A stretch of DNA of 64,000 nt from an uncultured Dehalococcoidia bacterium (GCA_964570875.1 CAZMZE010000003.1:11975-75974), one strand, 5' to 3'; positions 19,500-29,099 are shown, counted from the first letter of the stretch. Translations and numbers: made by a program. The notes: generated from the letters alone by a model not told the origin.

Positions 19500-21364
19500 T
19501 CTTTGAGCCAAACTCTATTCCAGTGAGAATACTCAAAACCCGCAAAGTTAGGGTGAAAGTTCATAACTCGTGAACTCCAGGTCCATATAGAAAGTTTCGC
19601 AGCTGGCATAAATCTATAAGCATCCTCCAACAATTTATACTGTATCAGTTTAATTAATTGAGTTCTTGCATTTGTATCGAGTTCTCGTGACTGCTTTTCT
19701 ATTAAATCATCCAAGTCTTGATCGTGAATCCCACTGCTATTTAAACTGCCTGAACTGTGCAAAACAGGGAACAAGTAACCGTTAGGAGTGGCGGAATAAG
19801 CTGGAGGGCCAACAAGTATTTGATAGTTACCTTCAGCCCAGGCATCATTAGCATAAGTCCTTTTGTTTACCAGATTAATATCAGCAGTCAATCCCACATT
19901 CTTTAACTCATCCAATATTCTAAGGGCATGCGTATGAAAAAGTTTTCCAAAATCACCAACAGTTATCTCGATCGGGCTAATTTGGCTTACTCCTATTTCA
20001 TCCAAAAGTTCCCGTGCTCTGTCAGGGTTATCAAAATATTTCCTTAAATCTTTTTCCGGAACCAACCAATCTGAAGAGGCAATAGGGAACCCCGGTGAGA
20101 GGTAAGCCCGACCATGCCAAATAGAATCGATCGCACTCCATGGGTCAATTGATTGGAACACTGCTCTACGAACTCTCACATCAGTAAAAGGGCCCATACT
20201 TGCATTAAGACTGATTTCAAGACCCATAGTTGTGTCAGGTATAGCTAAAAATTTAGATGAAGGATTGTCTTCATAGTACGAAACCCACTGTACTTCATCC
20301 ATTTGCTCTATATCTAACGATCCGACCCTAAAGGCAGCATTCCTAGTATCTTGGTCAGAAATTATATGAATATCCAGTCCATCGACCAGAGGAACCTCCG
20401 GTTCAAAATAAGAAGAATTTGCTTGGAACGAATGCATCACATCCTGACTGGTTTCAACCAATACCCATGGACCCGTGCCTATCGTCGGTCCATCACGCAA
20501 GTCACCATTCTTTGCAACAGATTCAGGCGCAACTATTTTAGAATGCCCGTGAGCAACAGACAGTAGAAAATCTGAATCTGGAGCGGATAAGGAAATATTT
20601 ATACCATCATCGCCGACAGCTTGTATTGATGCTATCCCACCGAGCAGTGGGGCATTGGGGCGATCAGATTGCGCCTGCCTAGAATAACTGAAGATGACAT
20701 CTTCGGAATTAGCTTCCCTGCCATTTACTGGATCTATATTTTGCCACTGCGAATTCTCTCTAAGCTTGAATACAAAAACATTGTTTCCTTCCATATCCCA
20801 ACTCTGACAAAGATCGCACTCCACTTCCATGCTTGGCAAGTTCACATCTGGTCCTGTGCTATATCTCATTAACCTGCTATAAACAATTCCAGGCCCCCAT
20901 GTAGACAAGACAGGTGAAGCTTCATCGTGTACGTCCATGTGAGCAATGTTTGACCTAGAAGATAAATTTAACAATCCACCTCTACTCATGTTGTCTACAT
21001 TTGGGGATTGGGATATTTCAACCACCGGGGAAAGTGCTACTTGATTGGGGACTCTAGTGGGATTTTGATTTGAAGAAACATTGGAGCCCAATGCAGTTGG
21101 GCTAGGAGTCCCATATTCTCTGTGAATAACAATCTTTTCTTTTTCTAGTTCAGCACTACTTTGAAGCCTTGAACTTGTAGGTTGGACTTGCGGGAGATCA
21201 TTCTGGAAGGTAGGATTTTGGATTGTTTTTTCAGGTACTGAGTCTATCATTGACTGTCTTGGTCTGGAACAGCCTATCCCCAATATGACAATAACAGTTA
21301 GAAATAATACGAAGCACGATTGAGCTTTACAAGGACCTGAATTTTTTTTCTCTGGTTTATTCAT
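19496..21364 (-). CDS. ABC transporter substrate-binding lipoprotein, family 5 (peptide/nickel type)
   Basis: The conserved family-5 fold occupies the C-terminal ~500 aa. Lipobox ILGIGCS follows MNKPEKKNSGPCKAQSCFVLFLTVIV (ATG at 21364; the track start at 21448 is an upstream TTG). A long Ser/Pro/Gln/Asn-rich linker follows the lipobox Cys. Confidence 0.85.
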   Translation of the reverse strand: MNKPEKKNSGPCKAQSCFVLFLTVIVILGIGCSRPRQSMIDSVPEKTIQNPTFQNDLPQVQPTSSRLQSSAELEKEKIVIHREYGTPSPTALGSNVSSNQNPTRVPNQVALSPVVEISQSPNVDNMSRGGLLNLSSRSNIAHMDVHDEASPVLSTWGPGIVYSRLMRYSTGPDVNLPSMEVECDLCQSWDMEGNNVFVFKLRENSQWQNIDPVNGREANSEDVIFSYSRQAQSDRPNAPLLGGIASIQAVGDDGINISLSAPDSDFLLSVAHGHSKIVAPESVAKNGDLRDGPTIGTGPWVLVETSQDVMHSFQANSSYFEPEVPLVDGLDIHIISDQDTRNAAFRVGSLDIEQMDEVQWVSYYEDNPSSKFLAIPDTTMGLEISLNASMGPFTDVRVRRAVFQSIDPWSAIDSIWHGRAYLSPGFPIASSDWLVPEKDLRKYFDNPDRARELLDEIGVSQISPIEITVGDFGKLFHTHALRILDELKNVGLTADINLVNKRTYANDAWAEGNYQILVGPPAYSATPNGYLFPVLHSSGSLNSSGIHDQDLDDLIEKQSRELDTNARTQLIKLIQYKLLEDAYRFMPAAKLSIWTWSSRVMNFHPNFAGFEYSHWNRVWLKD

Positions 21365-21530
21365 AACTGAACGCCCGCTGTTAGAATTGCTATTATTTGA
21401 CTCGATGTCGTATTTCCATGACTTACTACTTATTATTGTATAATCCAACAGCCGGACTTAATGATAGTGAATCCCCTGAGCTCCCGCCAGTAATATGTAA
21501 CCAAACAAATATCCAATTTTAAGGAATGAT

Positions 21531-22325
21531 TTGCTCGTTGATTGCCACACACATATAGAGTCTTTTGACGACAGCGAAATTTCAGGCTTGTTAAATCGAG
21601 CCCACGATTCAAATGTTGGACTAATAATTACAGCAGGTACAACGATGTCTTCTTCGCTTCGGTCAGTGGAATTGTCCAACGCATTTCCAACAATATTTGC
21701 GGGCATTGGACTCCACCCAATGGACCTGGAGAAAGAGCCTGACGATTCAGCCATGGAGCAGCTCACAAATCTCGCTGCTTCTTCACCAAAAATCCTAGTA
21801 CTAAGCGAGGTAGGATTAGATTTTATGGAAGGAGCTCCAGACCGGGCGTTTCAGTTCAGCGCCTTCCGAAAACAGATTGGTATAGCACGCGAAGTTGGGC
21901 TACCTATTGTATTTCACAGTAGAGAATCTCACAGTGAAGTCCTTAGGGTGCTACGTGAAGAACGAGCTTATGAAGTTGGAGGAATTATGCATTATTTTCA
22001 AGCTGATAAAAGGATTGCGAACGAAGTCATTGACTTAGGTTTTCATATCTCGCTTGCAAGACCACTGCTACGAATTCCAGAACTACAGAAATTGGCACAT
22101 GATCTACCTCTTGAAACAATCGTGTTGGAAACTGACTCGGCACCGCAGCCATTCAAAAACAACCGTGACAACTGGACAGAGCCCAGACACCTTGAATCTA
22201 TAGCTCAGAAACTGGCCGATATTCAAGGCCTCTCGGTCAGTGAAGTTGAAAGAATTACAACTTCAAACATCAAGAAATTACTAGGTGACCGCTGGGAAAT
22301 AGTTAAAGGTTATATAGATGAATAA
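21531..22325 (+). CDS. tatD: TatD-family metal-dependent hydrolase
   Basis: 264 aa with an N-terminal DCHTH metal motif, EVGLD, and later HSR and ETDSP motifs. The TTG start lies 5 nt after AAGGA. Confidence 0.9.
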   Translation: MLVDCHTHIESFDDSEISGLLNRAHDSNVGLIITAGTTMSSSLRSVELSNAFPTIFAGIGLHPMDLEKEPDDSAMEQLTNLAASSPKILVLSEVGLDFMEGAPDRAFQFSAFRKQIGIAREVGLPIVFHSRESHSEVLRVLREERAYEVGGIMHYFQADKRIANEVIDLGFHISLARPLLRIPELQKLAHDLPLETIVLETDSAPQPFKNNRDNWTEPRHLESIAQKLADIQGLSVSEVERITTSNIKKLLGDRWEIVKGYIDE

Positions 22326-22342
22326 AATCCTGCATTTTATGT

Positions 22343-22870
22343 TCAAGCGGAATTGGGACCAAAAACAAAAGCTTGAAGTATTATATGGCCAAGAATCCAG
22401 CCTATAACAGTCGGTGAAATGGTTCTCATTAGTCCTTGCCCTTGTGCCTCGCTAACGGCCACAACACCCCCGGCCAATATCCAAATATTGACTAGCCAGG
22501 TCAACAATGCGCCAACTGCTGGTAATCCATAAAAAATTAAAAGCACACCCGGACCATAAACCAAACCCAAATGTCTCATCAAATCTCTGTGACTAGCTTT
22601 ACCCCCAAGCAGGAAACTACCTAAAATATATACAACTACGGTCCATACCATCCAGCCGATGAGCATCGTACTCAGTGCCAGCATCATTTGAAATTCAGGG
22701 CTTACCTCGCTATTGGGTATTGGAGCTGCGCGAACTCCCAATCCAAATGAAATACCCGCGACCATAACAACAGCAAGCGAGCGAAACATCGCTTCCGGAG
22801 TATCTCCAACAGTACTATAAATACGACGGTTCAATAGGGAAGATTGTAGTGCCTGCGATAGAAATAACAT
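22343..22870 (-). CDS. Yip1-like integral membrane protein
   Basis: 175 aa with about five hydrophobic helices. General resemblance to Yip1-domain proteins; no catalytic motif. Confidence 0.5.
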   Translation of the reverse strand: MLFLSQALQSSLLNRRIYSTVGDTPEAMFRSLAVVMVAGISFGLGVRAAPIPNSEVSPEFQMMLALSTMLIGWMVWTVVVYILGSFLLGGKASHRDLMRHLGLVYGPGVLLIFYGLPAVGALLTWLVNIWILAGGVVAVSEAQGQGLMRTISPTVIGWILGHIILQAFVFGPNSA

Positions 22871-22922
22871 GCGTTACTCGTTATTAATATTATTTATGAG
22901 TTCATACATCTTATCAGTAATG

Positions 22923-22962
22923 TAACATCGGGTAATCAAGACTCCAAGATTATCCGATGTTA
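22923..22962. repeat. 15-bp-arm inverted repeat (TAACATCGGGTAATC-N10-GATTATCCGATGTTA) in the divergent yip1/lysR intergenic region
   Basis: Pairing checked base by base: 14 Watson-Crick pairs plus one G-T. Lies 53 nt from the yip1-like start and 124 nt from the lysR start. Confidence 0.5.
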
Positions 22963-23085
22963 TACTTCAGCCTGCAATTCTTGTGGACCAGAGGCTTTCT
23001 CTTAATTTTTTCCTTCGTCCTAAAGAATATGTGATCTTCAATACATATACTTCACCTTGTCCATGCTAGGTTTAATTATCGTTTT

Positions 23086-24027
23086 ATGAAGGAAGCTAAA
23101 TTGGACACAAATTTTCATCAATTAAAGATTTTTGACACAGTAGCCAAGCTAGCTAGTTTTTCTAAAGCTGCGCATGCACTATCAATTAGTCAACCAGCAG
23201 TATCTATACAGATACGGAAACTAGAATCGGACTTGCACACCATATTGATCAACCGTAATTCATCAGGCATTACATTGACTGAAGAAGGAAAGATGGTCTA
23301 CAACTACACAAAACGTATCTTTGAACTCGCTGAAGACATGAGCCAGACTATGACGGATATGGCAGGATTAAAATTTGGTAGATTGTCAATAGGATCGTCC
23401 ACAACTCCAGGTGAATATTTACTACCATCTATCATTGGAAAGTTTCGAAATAAATTCCCGATGATAGAAATCTCGGTTGAGATAACCAACACACAAACTA
23501 TTATTGAGAGAATACAGCAAAAAGAGATCCATTTGGGATTCGCAGGTGCTCATATCAGAAGTGAAAATATAGAATCTTTTGAATATATATCTGACAATAT
23601 AGTACTGATTGCATCGCCAAACCATCCCTTGTCCACAAAAACAGGTTTGTACATGCAGAATTTGATAAATCACGATTTTGTACTCCGGGAATCTGGTTCA
23701 GCTACACGTGATATCGCTGAAAAGTCACTTGCCAAGCATGGTTTTCCGGTTAAAGTATCCATGGAACTCGGTAGTAATGAGGCAGTCAAAAGAGCAGTGG
23801 AATCTGGTTTGGGAATCGGCATGATATCCGAGCTTGGGATTGTTCCTGAACTTGCCTCTGGCCTGATCAAGGTTTTGGATGTAGTGGATTGGAAGTGTAC
23901 GAGACCGTTAACAGTCTTTTACAGGAATGATCTTAGATTGAGTCCTACCCAAAACGCGTTTTTGCAATTCTTGATCGAAGAAACTGAGATTATTAAAGAA
24001 AAATACCGTTGTAATGATATTTTATGA
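23086..24027 (+). CDS. LysR-family transcriptional regulator
   Basis: 313 aa with an N-terminal HTH (LKIFDTVAKLASFSKAAHALSISQPAVSIQIRKLE) and a C-terminal substrate-binding domain. Confidence 0.92.
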   Translation: MKEAKLDTNFHQLKIFDTVAKLASFSKAAHALSISQPAVSIQIRKLESDLHTILINRNSSGITLTEEGKMVYNYTKRIFELAEDMSQTMTDMAGLKFGRLSIGSSTTPGEYLLPSIIGKFRNKFPMIEISVEITNTQTIIERIQQKEIHLGFAGAHIRSENIESFEYISDNIVLIASPNHPLSTKTGLYMQNLINHDFVLRESGSATRDIAEKSLAKHGFPVKVSMELGSNEAVKRAVESGLGIGMISELGIVPELASGLIKVLDVVDWKCTRPLTVFYRNDLRLSPTQNAFLQFLIEETEIIKEKYRCNDIL

Positions 24028-24149
24028 CTATCAATATTTTATTTACCACAATTGTAAGCCATTATGATTTTGATCAACTTGTAAATTATAACTCTGTTAT
24101 CTATACGTGACTTCCTGAGTAACTTGATTTGACTGCCCTTAAACACTTC

Positions 24150-24608
24150 ATGAGAAAAATCTTTATTTCTTTTCTCTTTTTGGCATACCGTATAGGCAAC
24201 ACAAGCATGCTACCTACCATCTCACCAGGTGACCTCATATTGATCAAACTTAAACCACGATCAATTAAAAGAGGAGATGTAATTGTTATAAAACCTCATA
24301 GCGTTCAAAAAGCTCACCAAATCAAGCGAATCATAGGAATGCCAGGAGATGAAATTCTAATAGATAAAGGGGCAATTGTAGTTAACAACCACTTAATTAC
24401 AGAAACATATCTCAAAGGACGCCCTGTAACAGTATTCAGTGATGACTCTAGAAAATGGATCCTCGGTAAAAATGATTACTTTGTGATGGGTGATAATAGA
24501 ATAATTAGCAAAGACAGCAGAACCCAAGGACCAATATCCGAACAACAAATAATTGGGAAAGCTATTTATAGACTTTGGCCTCTTGGTAAAAGAGAGAGAA
24601 TTTATTAA
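24150..24608 (+). CDS. lepB: S26-family signal peptidase I-like protease (short form)
   Basis: Catalytic Ser motif NTSMLPT, Lys motif IKRIIGMPGD and GDNRIISKDSR box. About 152 aa from the ATG at 24150 (track TTG at 24129). One short N-terminal hydrophobic segment. Confidence 0.85.
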   Translation: MRKIFISFLFLAYRIGNTSMLPTISPGDLILIKLKPRSIKRGDVIVIKPHSVQKAHQIKRIIGMPGDEILIDKGAIVVNNHLITETYLKGRPVTVFSDDSRKWILGKNDYFVMGDNRIISKDSRTQGPISEQQIIGKAIYRLWPLGKRERIY

Positions 24609-25586
24609 TTAGGGTTCCAACAACCGCGCCACTTCTTTAGCATGGTAGGTTATGATTATATCTGCTCCGGCTCTCTTAATACCGATAAGTATCTCTTGCA
24701 TTACTCGTTCTTCATCTATCCAGCCATTTTGTGATGCCGCTTTAACCATTGAATACTCACCACTCACATTGTAAGCAGCTACTGGATGATTAAACATCCT
24801 CTTAGCAAGGGCAATCATATCCAAATATGCCAACGCTGGTTTCACCATCACAATGTCCGCGCCTTCATCTATGTCTGACTTGATTTCTCGAATAGCCTCG
24901 TTAGAATTCGAAACATCCATTTGATAAGCTTTCCGGTCACCGTATTGTGGCGTAGAATCGGCCGCCACTCTAAACGGGCCATAGAAAGCCGAAGCATACT
25001 TGGCTGAATATGACATTATTGGAACATCGATGAAGCCATTGATATCTAATGAATTCCTTATCGCAGAAACTTGACCATCCATCATTGCCGAAGGCGCAAC
25101 CATATCGGCTCCAGCCGCAGCATGAGATTCAGCGGTCATTGCTAGCAGGCTGAGTGTTTTATCGTTATCTACATTAAGTCCTGACACTATACCGCAATGG
25201 CCGTGATCGGTATATTCACATAGGCACACATCAGTTATCACAATTAATTCACTGGCAGTATCTTTGACCACTTTGATAGCTTGTTGCACAATTCCATCTT
25301 GTTTATAAGCTTCACTTCCTTCATGATCCTTTTTCCCAGGCAATCCGAACAGTAAAACCGCAGGTATTCCTAGCGCAGATATCTCCAAGATTTCCTGTCT
25401 CAATTTATCCAAAGATAGTTGGAAAATTCCTGGCATTGGTGCAATCGGATCATAAACCTGGTCACCTTGGGCTACGAATATTGGATAAACAAAGTCCGTT
25501 ATCTCCAATTTCGTTTCCCGTATCATGTTACGCAAAGCTGGGGTTTTCCTAAGTCTACGCAATCTTGCCTCTGGAAATTTATTCAT
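24609..25586 (-). CDS. hemB: porphobilinogen synthase (delta-aminolevulinate dehydratase), Zn-type
   Basis: 325 aa with RRLRKTPALRNMIRE, the Cys-rich zinc site DVCLCEYTDHGHCG and the Schiff-base lysine region MVKPA. Confidence 0.96.
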   Translation of the reverse strand: MNKFPEARLRRLRKTPALRNMIRETKLEITDFVYPIFVAQGDQVYDPIAPMPGIFQLSLDKLRQEILEISALGIPAVLLFGLPGKKDHEGSEAYKQDGIVQQAIKVVKDTASELIVITDVCLCEYTDHGHCGIVSGLNVDNDKTLSLLAMTAESHAAAGADMVAPSAMMDGQVSAIRNSLDINGFIDVPIMSYSAKYASAFYGPFRVAADSTPQYGDRKAYQMDVSNSNEAIREIKSDIDEGADIVMVKPALAYLDMIALAKRMFNHPVAAYNVSGEYSMVKAASQNGWIDEERVMQEILIGIKRAGADIIITYHAKEVARLLEP

Positions 25587-27095
25587 TTAGCTGTAATACT
25601 CCTCAATAGCTCTGACCAGCCCTGAAATAGTATGTTCTTTTGCAACAATTTCCACATCCAGTCCAAATTCTTTGGCAGTTGAAGCAGTCACAGGGCCTAT
25701 GCAAGCGATCGTCACACCAGACAAAACACTGATGTCTTTATTGATTGAGAGGATTAGGTTTCTGACGGTGGAAGAACTGGTGAAAGTTGCAACATCTATC
25801 CCTTTATTGAATATATTTTTAACATATGCGGACGTTAAATTTGGTGTTACTGTGTTGTACGCCACTACTCGCTCGACCACGGCACCCAATTTATTAAATG
25901 CCTGAATTAAATTATCCGGGGATATATCCCCTTGTGGAAGCAAGATTCTTGATGAATCTATTCCCTGATCTTTCAATGCGTCAATCAAGCCTTGTGAATG
26001 AAATTCCCTGGGTACGACATCAGCAACGATTCCTTTGGTTCTTAAAATTTCCGCGGTCCCTTGACCAATAGCCACTACTTTGCTATTTGCCAGACATCGA
26101 GCATCCTGACCCATCTCGTACAATCTACCGAATACTGATTCCACAGCATTAACACTCGCAAATATTATCCATTGATACTTCTTCAAATCATAAAGCGCTT
26201 TGTCCAGATATGAATCATTCTCCACATGTCTAACTTCTATAGTAGGCAATTCAACCGTATTAGCACCAATTTGGTTCAGAAGTTCAGATAACCGGCTGGC
26301 CTGGTTACTCGCTCTAGTAATCAGAATTTTTCTACCCGATAGAATCTTGCGATCGAACCATCTTATATTCTCAATAAAATTTACGACATCTCCAATAACA
26401 ATGATTACTGGCGAATGTATGGTCTCCCGTGAAACTATACTGACAATATCTGCCAGTGTCCCAACAACAGTCCTCTGGTTAGGCAACGTTCCATTTTCCG
26501 TAATTGCTATTGGAGTATTTGGTGACCGCCCATTTTTAATTAAAACCTCAACGATTCTGGATATATTTTGCAAGCCCATCATCACCACAATGGTTCCATT
26601 CTGTTGAGCTAGCAAATCCCACTTCACATCTGTGCTAATTTTCGACGGATCTTCGTTTCCAGTTACAACTGTAACCACAGATGCTATCCCTCTATAGGTG
26701 ATGGGAATACCAGAATACGCCGGCACAGCAACGGCAGAAGTTATCCCCGGCACTATTTCAAAGGGAATACAATTTGCTCTGAGGAATTCTGCCTCCTCCC
26801 CACCTCTCCCAAACACGAATGGATCCCCTCCTTTAAGCCTAACCACAAATTTGCCCATAAGGGCATTTTTCAACATTAAGTCATTGATATAATCTTGGTC
26901 ATTTTGATTTTCATTGGGGATTTTCCCTACGTTCAAAAGCTCAGCATTTGGTTTTGAAAAATCTAATATTTTCTCATTGACAAGCCTGTCAAACAAAATC
27001 ACATCAGCCATCCCCAATCGGTTAGTAGCCGCTAGAGTAATTAAATTTGGATCACCAGGACCAGCACCTACAATAGATACGAAGCCTGGTTTCAT
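25587..27095 (-). CDS. cobA/hemD: fused uroporphyrinogen-III C-methyltransferase / uroporphyrinogen-III synthase
   Basis: 502 aa. The N-terminal half carries VGAGPGDPNLITL...RLKGGDPFVFGRGGEE (SAM methylase). The C-terminal half is HemD-like. Confidence 0.92.
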   Translation of the reverse strand: MKPGFVSIVGAGPGDPNLITLAATNRLGMADVILFDRLVNEKILDFSKPNAELLNVGKIPNENQNDQDYINDLMLKNALMGKFVVRLKGGDPFVFGRGGEEAEFLRANCIPFEIVPGITSAVAVPAYSGIPITYRGIASVVTVVTGNEDPSKISTDVKWDLLAQQNGTIVVMMGLQNISRIVEVLIKNGRSPNTPIAITENGTLPNQRTVVGTLADIVSIVSRETIHSPVIIVIGDVVNFIENIRWFDRKILSGRKILITRASNQASRLSELLNQIGANTVELPTIEVRHVENDSYLDKALYDLKKYQWIIFASVNAVESVFGRLYEMGQDARCLANSKVVAIGQGTAEILRTKGIVADVVPREFHSQGLIDALKDQGIDSSRILLPQGDISPDNLIQAFNKLGAVVERVVAYNTVTPNLTSAYVKNIFNKGIDVATFTSSSTVRNLILSINKDISVLSGVTIACIGPVTASTAKEFGLDVEIVAKEHTISGLVRAIEEYYS

Positions 27096-28021
27096 TTTTC
27101 ACCAGCCCAAGTTGATAATCTTACTGCGCCGGCAATTTCCAGAGATTCTTTTACTCCCAATGCCACAATCTCAGGATCTGTAGAAGGATATGATTCTAGT
27201 ATCCTGATTATATCGCTACCGTCTATTTCTGATATCATGGCTGTCACTATCGATTTTCCATTTGAAATTTCTGCGTTAATACCTATTGGTGAATTACAAT
27301 CTCCTCCTAGCAATCGAACCACTGCCCTCTCAATACTAACCGCTTGGTAAGTCGGGTTGTGATTAAATTTTTTTAACAATTTTATTATTTGATGAGAGTC
27401 AGTCCTTGTCTGAACAGCCAAAGCTCCTTGACCAGGATCAGGTGTACACACACTTGGCATCAAATATTCTGTTATCAACTCTTCGGAACCCAGTCGAATA
27501 AGGCCCGCAGCGGCTAGTAAGACGCCGTCGTAATTCTGGCCATCAATCATATTTAGACGAGTTCCAATATTGCCACGTATAGGAACAAACTGAATGTCTG
27601 GTCTAACAGCTTTAATTTGTGCGATCCGCCGTGGGCTACCTGAGCCGATCTTGGCGCCTGTAGGTAGTTTGGTCAATTCCAGATCCCATCGGTTTACAAT
27701 TACATCTCTGGAATCAATCCTAGCTGCATAAGCAGCTATTTCAAGACTCTTCGGCAGAGCAGCAGAAAGGTCTTTTGCACTGTGTACTGCCGCATCTATT
27801 TCTCCAGATTGAATAGACCGCTCTATATCACTCGCAAACGCTCCTCGCCCAATTTCTGACAATGATTTGTTCTGTTCACGATCTCCTTTAGTGGTTATAG
27901 GAACTAACTCAAATGAAATATTGGGCTCGATTAGTTGTAAAGCTTTCAAAACATCACGAGTCTGGACAAGAGCTAATGGACTTGCTCTCGAGCCTATTTT
28001 TATTGATTGAATATTTTTCAA
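27092..28021 (-). CDS. hemC: hydroxymethylbilane synthase (porphobilinogen deaminase)
   Basis: 309 aa with IKIGSRASPLALVQT, RGNIGTRL and the cofactor Cys region GGDCNSPIG. Confidence 0.95.
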   Translation of the reverse strand: MKNIQSIKIGSRASPLALVQTRDVLKALQLIEPNISFELVPITTKGDREQNKSLSEIGRGAFASDIERSIQSGEIDAAVHSAKDLSAALPKSLEIAAYAARIDSRDVIVNRWDLELTKLPTGAKIGSGSPRRIAQIKAVRPDIQFVPIRGNIGTRLNMIDGQNYDGVLLAAAGLIRLGSEELITEYLMPSVCTPDPGQGALAVQTRTDSHQIIKLLKKFNHNPTYQAVSIERAVVRLLGGDCNSPIGINAEISNGKSIVTAMISEIDGSDIIRILESYPSTDPEIVALGVKESLEIAGAVRLSTWAGEK

Positions 28022-28092
28022 AATACTGACAACCAGTAACTCTCTAATTTAAATAGAAAGACTCAGTTCCGATCAGCCCAATCTAGGTGTTT

Positions 28093-28728
28093 TTAATTAT
28101 TATCCAGTAAACCGTTCATAAGGATCTCTTTGGCTTCTTTTAGTGCACCTGATTGAACCATTCGAAGAAGATCCTCATCCAAACAAGACTGCCAACGCTC
28201 TCCATCAACGCTTTTGCCAATTTTTTTCAATTCCATTCTTACCTCAGAAAGTAGCGGGGCAAGGTCAGCGTACTCAATTAAGTTACTTTTCTCTAGCTCC
28301 TGCCTAAATTTGCGTGCTAGAGCCGGACTTGCTCCTCCCGTAGAGATAGCAACGGAAACAGCACCCCTGTCTACAATAGACGGGGCTATAAATGTACAGA
28401 GATGAGTGACATCCATAACATTCAAAAGAATATCTCTTTCTTGCGCTTCCAAAGCAACTTGTTGATTAATTGTCTCATCTGTTGTGTCCGCTACTACGAC
28501 TAGTAAAGCTCCTTCCAAATCACCGCTTTTGTACTTTCGTCTGTACCAAGAAATTTTTTCAAGGCGGGCTATTTCCTTGATTTCTTCTTCTACTTCTGGA
28601 CTTATAACAATGACGTTCGCGTCACAATCTAGAAGTTTGTGAACTTTTTCTGCACCTTGAGTTCCGCCCCCAATTACTATGCATCGACGTTTCTTCACAT
28701 CTACAAATACCGGGTAGTAAGCTGACAA
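28093..28728 (-). CDS. sirC: precorrin-2 dehydrogenase / sirohydrochlorin ferrochelatase (siroheme synthase N-terminal-domain type)
   Basis: 211 aa with Rossmann motif CIVIGGGTQGAEKVHKLL near the N-terminus. Position is upstream of hemC. Confidence 0.85.
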   Translation of the reverse strand: MSAYYPVFVDVKKRRCIVIGGGTQGAEKVHKLLDCDANVIVISPEVEEEIKEIARLEKISWYRRKYKSGDLEGALLVVVADTTDETINQQVALEAQERDILLNVMDVTHLCTFIAPSIVDRGAVSVAISTGGASPALARKFRQELEKSNLIEYADLAPLLSEVRMELKKIGKSVDGERWQSCLDEDLLRMVQSGALKEAKEILMNGLLDNN

Positions 28729-29099
28729 TCGATCTCCTAATTTTTAGACCCGACCAGTTCCCGCTGGGATTATCACAAGATTGCTCTACGATCAAATGGG
28801 CCTGATATTGATTTGAAGTTTCAAGAATCGCTGAAAATCTTAGATTCCATCACCGATAATACAACATTAATACAAATTGAGTATGCACTTAAGGCCAACA
28901 AATCCATTTCGATCCTCGAAATTCCAACCAATACAGGTAAGTGTGCGGTTTTGGTTTTGAGCCAAGCATATATAAACAATAAATATCAGCAACCCTATCT
29001 CCATAAAATAGCGAGTTTGCCAATGTTATTTCGGTCCCATATACTCTAGATGCTCTAAAACATTGATTTTCAGACGAGCAGAAAAGATAGTGATAGCTA

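Noticed and set aside
28813-29049. 78-aa plus-strand ORF in the 371-bp sirC/gatB intergenic region
   Set aside because: TTG start without SD, and no motif. I also looked for a structured RNA here and saw no convincing stems or conserved boxes. The long spacer remains unexplained but not callable.
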